In this document: piece after piece, positions 58,974 to 64,000 of the stretch
Layout of the letters: every line of letters begins with the position of its first letter
Numbering within the stretch: the stretch's first letter is position 1
Source: a virus
Lineage: Duplodnaviria > Heunggongvirae > Uroviricota > Caudoviricetes
Length of the DNA stretch: 64,000 nt
Direction: 5' to 3' (one strand)
Virus record (IMG/VR): IMGVR_UViG_3300021963_008171
Coordinates: 10,995-74,994 of that record
Made by a program: the position numbers and the translations under genes
Notes under the pieces: generated by a model
Told to the model about the DNA's origin: nothing
The model's input: only the letters and a program-made list of their open reading frames with translations
Databases searched by the model: none

Positions 58974-59329
58974 AAAGAGTATTAAAAAAGATTTTTATCA
59001 ACAAATTCTCGGAGATCCTACTGATTATTTTCGTAGCAGGATTCTCTCTTGATCTTTTAGCGTTCCCACTAATGAGCGCACCGAGTTCAATAAAGAATAT
59101 AATAGGAGGTGCAATTCTGGTTTTCTTTGTCATGTTCATCGTTATGTATGCAAGTGAAATGCTATCAGACGGAAAAAAAGAAGCCGAAGATTCTGAGGAT
59201 CCGGGAGAAACTGAATTGGATTATATCCCGAAGGATAAGCTACCAAAAAAGAAGAAAAATTCCAAGCAATTTCCCGAAATTAAGAGCGATGAACCCTTTG
59301 TAAAAACAAGAAAGAAAGCAAAAAAATAG
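58970..59329 (+). CDS. membrane protein with Lys-rich tail
   Basis: Two TM segments; 119 aa. Confidence 0.4.
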   Translation: MKRVLKKIFINKFSEILLIIFVAGFSLDLLAFPLMSAPSSIKNIIGGAILVFFVMFIVMYASEMLSDGKKEAEDSEDPGETELDYIPKDKLPKKKKNSKQFPEIKSDEPFVKTRKKAKK

Positions 59330-59333
59330 TAAT

Positions 59334-60251
59334 ATGAATTTCGAAGAAAGATATGCTCAACAAATCAAAGAGAGGGAAGAGCAAGCACAACAAGAAAAAT
59401 TAAAAAAACAAATAAAACAAAAACAGATGATGAGAAACATTTTAATTGGGGTTGGGTTATTTTTTACACTAACCTTTTTATTCTTCTCTTGTGAGAGGAT
59501 CGATGCAGGACACGTTGGCGTCAAGGTGAATCAGTACGGGGATAATAAAGGCGTGGATGATGTTGTTGCAGTTACCGGTATGGTATTCTTTAATCCATTC
59601 ACAACTGCAATCTATGAATTTCCAACTTTTATTCAACACAAAGAATATAAAGGAGAGAATTCATTTGTGGTAAATAGCAAAGATGGTTCTGAATTTAGTG
59701 TTTCTCCTATTATGAACTACTCCGTACAGAGAGATAAAGTACCAGCAATCTTTAGTAAGTATCGTAGACCATTAGAAGATATTGAAGAAGGCTTTTTAAA
59801 AACTGCTGTGTATGATGCTTTTAGATTGGCAACTAATAAATATACTGCGGATGAATTAATTTCAAACAGAGCAGTATTTGAAATTGAGGTTCGCAGATTA
59901 CTAGACGGACAACTATTAAAAGAGGGTTTTATCATTAATCAATTCACGTCTAACCTGATCTACCCAGAAACATTTAAGAAATCTATTGAAGCTAAAAATA
60001 ATGCGGTACAAGCAGCTTTAAGAGCTGAGAACGAAGTTAAAACTGCAGAAGCACAAGCTAAGATTAAGGTAGCAACTGCTGAAGGTAATGCACAGGCTAT
60101 GCTAACGTCTGCAAAGGCAGAAGCTGAATCAAATAGAATGAAACAGCAGACATTAACACCACTGTTATTGCAATTGGAGTACATTAATAAATGGGACGGA
60201 AAACTTCCTGTTTATGGAACTGCACCTATGTTATATAAACCGGTTAACTAG
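59334..60251 (+). CDS. SPFH/band-7 (prohibitin/HflK-like) membrane protein
   Basis: TM segment then ...IDAGHVGVKV... band-7 start; Ala/Glu-rich coiled-coil tail. Confidence 0.6.
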   Translation: MNFEERYAQQIKEREEQAQQEKLKKQIKQKQMMRNILIGVGLFFTLTFLFFSCERIDAGHVGVKVNQYGDNKGVDDVVAVTGMVFFNPFTTAIYEFPTFIQHKEYKGENSFVVNSKDGSEFSVSPIMNYSVQRDKVPAIFSKYRRPLEDIEEGFLKTAVYDAFRLATNKYTADELISNRAVFEIEVRRLLDGQLLKEGFIINQFTSNLIYPETFKKSIEAKNNAVQAALRAENEVKTAEAQAKIKVATAEGNAQAMLTSAKAEAESNRMKQQTLTPLLLQLEYINKWDGKLPVYGTAPMLYKPVN

Positions 60252-60313
60252 GATTTACAAGAAACTAAATCTTCCTCCGAATATATAATCCTCAATTAGT
60301 TCTTTTAAATATT

Positions 60314-60725
60314 GGGGATGACATGGCATTTGATCCGGATGTGGATTTTAATACTACACGCAGAGGTATGGTACTCATCCTCTTTAATCTCGGTACAAAC
60401 AAGTAAACGACGTAGAATTATCTACCATGACTTTCGAAGACGCAATGTCTTTCGTAGGTGCTGATTACGCACTAGCTGCCTAATCACTCCCGCACACATC
60501 GTGGGACTTAAAATAGAATGTGTACCAAGGTGTGATTTCTACCCAAAAAGGAATAAGGTCACGTTCAGAGGACTACCTTAATACAAGTGAACTCGACACA
60601 GTTATTGGTAACGATGTCAAAATAGGAACCATTTATTTTGTTAGGCAAGAAAAACTAGCTAAGCGTGTGAGACGTTAGTATTATTATTTCTTTCGGAGAC
60701 CGGGGTTCGAATCCCCGCATCTCCA
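60314..60725 (+). ncRNA. ssrA: tmRNA (ssrA)
   Basis: 5' GGGGATG pairs with 3' CATCCTC(C) and contains a G·U wobble. The 3' T-arm CGGGG-TTCGAAT-CCCCG abuts the acceptor strand, as in tmRNAs. The internal tag ORF ...GGT GCT GAT TAC GCA CTA GCT GCC TAA reads GADYALAA* (60457-60483). Ends are +/-2 nt. Confidence 0.7.
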
Positions 60726-60737
60726 CAAATTTTATAT

Positions 60738-60812
<75 letters not shown>

Positions 60813-60823
60813 AATTTAAAATC

Positions 60824-61207
60824 ATGTCTACCAATTGTAATATCTGCAGCGAAAAATGTTTTGGAAAGGATGGATATGATGGAAGTTGCTGTACAATAGA
60901 AGCACGTGACTATATCATAGGTCCACATAAGGACGCTAAGCAATTCATTCAATCATTATCATTAAAGCTCGGAAGAGAGATCAGCTACGAGTCAATATTC
61001 ATTGATTACGAAGAAGGAAAAAGACTTTTTCCCGACAAATCCGCATGGCAAAGCCCAACTTCATATCCTGCATTCAGAGTTGATCTAAATAATCCAAGAA
61101 ACCCCTGCATCTTTTACAATACAGTAGTTAAATCATGTATGGTATATGATATCAGACCAGAAACATGCGAGACATATCAATGCGATTATCTTAAAAGTAA
61201 TCTCTGA
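60824..61207 (+). CDS. Cys-rich protein (YkgJ/UPF0153-like putative metal-chelating domain)
   Basis: CNICSEKC...GSCC ... CDYL. The ORF-track N-terminus (60752-60823) overlaps the tRNA, so the start is moved to the ATG at 60824. Confidence 0.5.
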   Translation: MSTNCNICSEKCFGKDGYDGSCCTIEARDYIIGPHKDAKQFIQSLSLKLGREISYESIFIDYEEGKRLFPDKSAWQSPTSYPAFRVDLNNPRNPCIFYNTVVKSCMVYDIRPETCETYQCDYLKSNL

Positions 61208-61215
61208 TATATAGA
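61206..61215 (+). promoter_or_regulatory. GATATATAGA motif variant
   Basis: 18 nt upstream of the ATG at 61234. Confidence 0.35.
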
Positions 61216-61233
61216 TGCAAAACACGTGCATCA

Positions 61234-62046
61234 ATGATTAAGAAGTATCTAGATTTTATTAATGAATCCATAAAATATCTTTCAACCCAAGAGTTTTTCA
61301 ATTGGCTAGAGGAAAGAAAGGACCATGTATTCATTGCTCTTGACACAGAAACTACTGGGCTAAAAGGTCCAAGGATAGATCAATTGACTCAAATTGCTGC
61401 TATTGCTTTTTCTTTTGATTATGATTCTCTATCATTCTTGGAAATTAGCAGATACAATAAGAAGATCTCTTTAACTCCAGAAATTAAAGCATTAAAACAA
61501 TTACCGGATTCTGAAATTCAGGGAGCACTTAAATATAACAGATACGGCGTAAGCGGAGGAAAATTCCAAGACGAGCAGGTAGTTATAAACGAATTGGTAG
61601 ATTTTGTTGCACAATTTGATAAAAGCATTTTATTAATTCAAAATTCACCATTTGATATGCCAATGATTAATGTCAGGGCTAAATTTCAAAGACTGAATTC
61701 AGAGGTATTTGATACAAAAGATTTCTTTGCATATTTCTTAATACCAACTCTTCAAAGATTAGCAGATACTGATCCAGAAGCCCAAAGTATATTGGATACT
61801 TTCGGTAAATCATCAAGTGGGAAGCTTTACACATCATCGCTTCCTAAGGTAGCTGCAGGACTTGGTGTTGACCCGAGTGGAGCGCATGATGCATTATACG
61901 ATTGCTCATATATGGTTGAAACCCTGGAAAAAGCGTTTCAAATAGTTAGAAATAATTCAGATTTTGACAGAAAAGATTTAATCAGACAAAGAATACTAAC
62001 AGATCGCTATATGAAAGCGAAGAATAAGGCAGAAGGAAGACTATGA
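61234..62046 (+). CDS. DEDD-family 3'-5' exonuclease (DnaQ/RNase T-like)
   Basis: FIALDTETTGL Exo I motif; ...HDALYDC Exo III-like. Confidence 0.6.
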   Translation: MIKKYLDFINESIKYLSTQEFFNWLEERKDHVFIALDTETTGLKGPRIDQLTQIAAIAFSFDYDSLSFLEISRYNKKISLTPEIKALKQLPDSEIQGALKYNRYGVSGGKFQDEQVVINELVDFVAQFDKSILLIQNSPFDMPMINVRAKFQRLNSEVFDTKDFFAYFLIPTLQRLADTDPEAQSILDTFGKSSSGKLYTSSLPKVAAGLGVDPSGAHDALYDCSYMVETLEKAFQIVRNNSDFDRKDLIRQRILTDRYMKAKNKAEGRL

Positions 62047-62735
62047 TAAAGAACTTTTCATCATACATTAATGAGCAGTATTCCAATCCAAAAGATGTGG
62101 TTAATCTGAAATATGGCACCCCTCAGATGGATCACAAAGAAAAAATGGATCAAGGATCATCCCTATATTCCTCCGTGAAAGACACAGATCTTTGGAAAAA
62201 GTGGACTTCCACCTTTCCTCCGGCGCAGAGTTCAGAAGATGCTATAAAATCCCTAGAAGAATTAATTCTAATTGGATCTTCACAAACCCCAGAGGATAAA
62301 GAATTTGTTAAAGATGCTGAACATGATATGAAAGGCATTTTCGTTAAATTTTTAAAACTCAACGGAGTAGATAATATAACTGTAGAAGATCTTAAAGAGA
62401 TATCCAAAGAATTAGATCCTATAACATTTCATCTGAAATACATTTTTAATTATCCAAGACCTCACCAATTAGCAGGCGAATTGGAAATCCCGTTATACCC
62501 TTCTCAAACAACAGATGCATGCAGTCCTGCATATCCGTCGGGTCATTCTATAGATTCATTCGTTATGGGAGGATTAATAGGTAAAAAAATACCTCAACTC
62601 CGAAACGATGTTCTAAAACTGTCTGAAAAAATTTCCAGATCTAGACTTCAAGGAGGTATACATTTTTCTTTCGATCAGGAGTTTGGGAGACAAATTGCAG
62701 AGGATATTTTAAACCTTGATTTTTTGTCTCTCTAG
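62043..62735 (+). CDS. PAP2-superfamily phosphatase
   Basis: ...YPRPHQ (K/RP), YPSGHS (PSGH), SRSRLQGGIHFSFD (SR...H...D) in canonical order. Confidence 0.6.
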   Translation: MIKNFSSYINEQYSNPKDVVNLKYGTPQMDHKEKMDQGSSLYSSVKDTDLWKKWTSTFPPAQSSEDAIKSLEELILIGSSQTPEDKEFVKDAEHDMKGIFVKFLKLNGVDNITVEDLKEISKELDPITFHLKYIFNYPRPHQLAGELEIPLYPSQTTDACSPAYPSGHSIDSFVMGGLIGKKIPQLRNDVLKLSEKISRSRLQGGIHFSFDQEFGRQIAEDILNLDFLSL

Positions 62736-62838
62736 AGCCATTTTTTCCCTTTCTAAAATAAAATCACCTTCTTTCCTGTTTAATCATATTTCTTGAATAT
62801 ATAAATGAACTCGATAGAGTCAAAATTCAAAGAAATAG

Positions 62839-64000
62839 ATGCCATTAATTTTAAGAAACGTCAAAGGTTCGGCTTTAACCATCAATGAGATGGATGATAA
62901 CCTTGAGTATTTATACAATAGGACATCGGTTGGAACATCAGGTACTGCTGGTACATCAGGTATTCAAGGATCCCAAGGATTTCAAGGTGCTCAGGGTCTA
63001 ACAGGACCTCAAGGTCTTAAAGGTGATACCGGGTCAACCGGAGCACAGGGTAGCACAGGATCAACCGGGGCTCAAGGAGCTCAGGGATTAACTGGTTCAG
63101 GAGCACAGGGAGCAGAAGGTCCAACCGGAGCACAGGGTAGCACAGGATCAACCGGAGCTCAAGGAGCTCAGGGATTAACTGGTTCAGGAGCACAGGGAGC
63201 AGAAGGTCCAACAGGGGCTCAGGGAGACATTGGATCTACAGGATCACAGGGAGCGCCGGGAACAGGAGCACAGGGAGCGCCAGGTCCAACAGGAGCACAG
63301 GGTGATACAGGTTTAACCGGAGCTCAAGGAATTAGCGGAACATCTGGCCAGTCAGGAGCACAAGGTCCAGCAGGTTCAGGAGCGCAAGGGGATCCAGGTC
63401 CAACGGGAGCTCAGGGAGACCCTGGATTAACAGGAGCACAAGGTCCAGCAGGGGCGGGAGCTCAGGGAGAGGCTGGTCCAACGGGAGCTCAGGGAGACAC
63501 TGGATTAACGGGAGCACAAGGAGCACAAGGTCCAGCAGGTTCTGGGGCACAGGGTGATTCAGGTCCAACCGGAGCTCAGGGGGACATCGGATTAACAGGA
63601 GCGCAAGGACCAGCAGGTTCTGGAGCCCAGGGTGCAGAGGGTGCTCAGGGAGCAACAGGAGCAGATGGATCCTCAATTACCTGGATGGGTGGATGGGTTA
63701 ATAATATACCATACGGAGAAAACGATGTAGTACAATATAATGGCAATTCCTACATAGGAACTGTAAATTCGATAACAGTAGGGGTAGCACCTGAAAATAA
63801 TCTAGCGGAATGGGACATATTTGTTCTTTCTGGGGAAGGAGCTCAAGGAGCAGAAGGAGCACAGGGTGCTAACGGAGCAGCTGGAGCACAGGGAGCAGCA
63901 GGTGAAGGAGCTCAGGGAGATGCCGGATCTGCAGGAGCGCAGGGAGCTAAAGGAGATGATGGGTCCGCAGGGGCACAAGGAGCAAAAGGAGACACAGGAG
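62839..64000 (+). CDS. collagen-like triple-helix repeat protein (partial; continues beyond the window)
   Basis: ATG at 62839 (alternative 62890), then more than 100 G-X-Y triplets (GAQGPTGAQGDTGLTG...). An interruption domain ...SSITWMGGWVNNIPYGENDVVQYNGNSYIGT... is followed by more GXY. Open to the window edge. Confidence 0.75.
   Translation, partial: MPLILRNVKGSALTINEMDDNLEYLYNRTSVGTSGTAGTSGIQGSQGFQGAQGLTGPQGLKGDTGSTGAQGSTGSTGAQGAQGLTGSGAQGAEGPTGAQGSTGSTGAQGAQGLTGSGAQGAEGPTGAQGDIGSTGSQGAPGTGAQGAPGPTGAQGDTGLTGAQGISGTSGQSGAQGPAGSGAQGDPGPTGAQGDPGLTGAQGPAGAGAQGEAGPTGAQGDTGLTGAQGAQGPAGSGAQGDSGPTGAQGDIGLTGAQGPAGSGAQGAEGAQGATGADGSSITWMGGWVNNIPYGENDVVQYNGNSYIGTVNSITVGVAPENNLAEWDIFVLSGEGAQGAEGAQGANGAAGAQGAAGEGAQGDAGSAGAQGAKGDDGSAGAQGAKGDTG

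Noticed and set aside
60691-60725. Apparent truncated tRNA / tRNA minihelix (GGAGAC-CGGGG-TTCGAAT-CCCCG-CATCCTCC) upstream of tRNA-Met
   Set aside because: No D or anticodon arm is present. It is better explained as the 3' tRNA-like domain of the tmRNA, whose 5' acceptor strand lies about 400 nt upstream.
63017-63676. Minus-strand ORFs 63017..63211 and 63332..63676 (Leu/Pro-rich)
   Set aside because: They are antisense read-throughs of the collagen G-X-Y repeat (GGN codons give CCN/Leu-rich antisense). The plus-strand collagen-like ORF explains the region.

Overview
This 64 kb window is AT-rich (roughly one-third GC by eye) and very gene-dense. It contains more than 100 ORFs with short or overlapping junctions, arranged in long co-directional strand blocks: + from about 0.1 to 32.8 kb, - from 32.7 to 41.5 kb, + from 41.7 to 49.0 kb, - from 49.0 to 57.0 kb, and + from 57.1 to 64 kb. 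The content reads like a large phage or giant-virus-like replicon, or a phage-like accessory island, in a Bacteroidetes-type background. The Bacteroidetes signals are lipobox and AQ-type signal peptides, a FISUMP domain, outer-membrane beta-barrels ending in Phe, and TAnnTTTG -7-like boxes. The viral hallmarks are an HNH_3 endonuclease, a NUMOD1-like HTH mini-protein, a dNMP 5'-nucleotidase, thioredoxin, prolyl-4-hydroxylases, a collagen-like protein, a DEDD exonuclease, and many tiny acidic ORFs. RNA genes read directly from the sequence are a tmRNA (ssrA) with tag ORF ending ...GADYALAA-UAA at about 60314-60725, immediately followed by an initiator-type tRNA-Met(CAT) at 60738-60812. A Ro60/TROVE-vWA protein sits at 26845-28470, preceded by a 530-nt ORF-free structured region that is a candidate Y-RNA-like ncRNA. 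The most unusual content is a two-part glycan/protein-modification island. The first part (32.7-41.5 kb, - strand) is a PAPS-supply plus sulfotransferase operon. It has APS kinase translationally coupled to a minimal HxGH nucleotidyltransferase that is a candidate small ATP-sulfurylase. It also has a DUF2061-like membrane protein, a 2OG-Fe(II) oxygenase, four or five sulfotransferase paralogs and SGNH/GDSL hydrolases. The second part (41.7-57.0 kb) has three radical-SAM/SPASM enzymes, two eukaryote-like GT7 (beta4GalT-type) glycosyltransferases with ConA-like C-termini, and other GT-A enzymes. It also has a TylF-like methyltransferase, two GDP-sugar epimerase/reductase-like enzymes (one fused to a 2OG-oxygenase domain) and an internally duplicated 831-aa protein. 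A recurring TATAAATA-containing motif (GATATATAAA) sits 0-150 nt upstream of many genes and looks like a T4-late-promoter-like element. A 20-nt identical leader element follows it at two loci.
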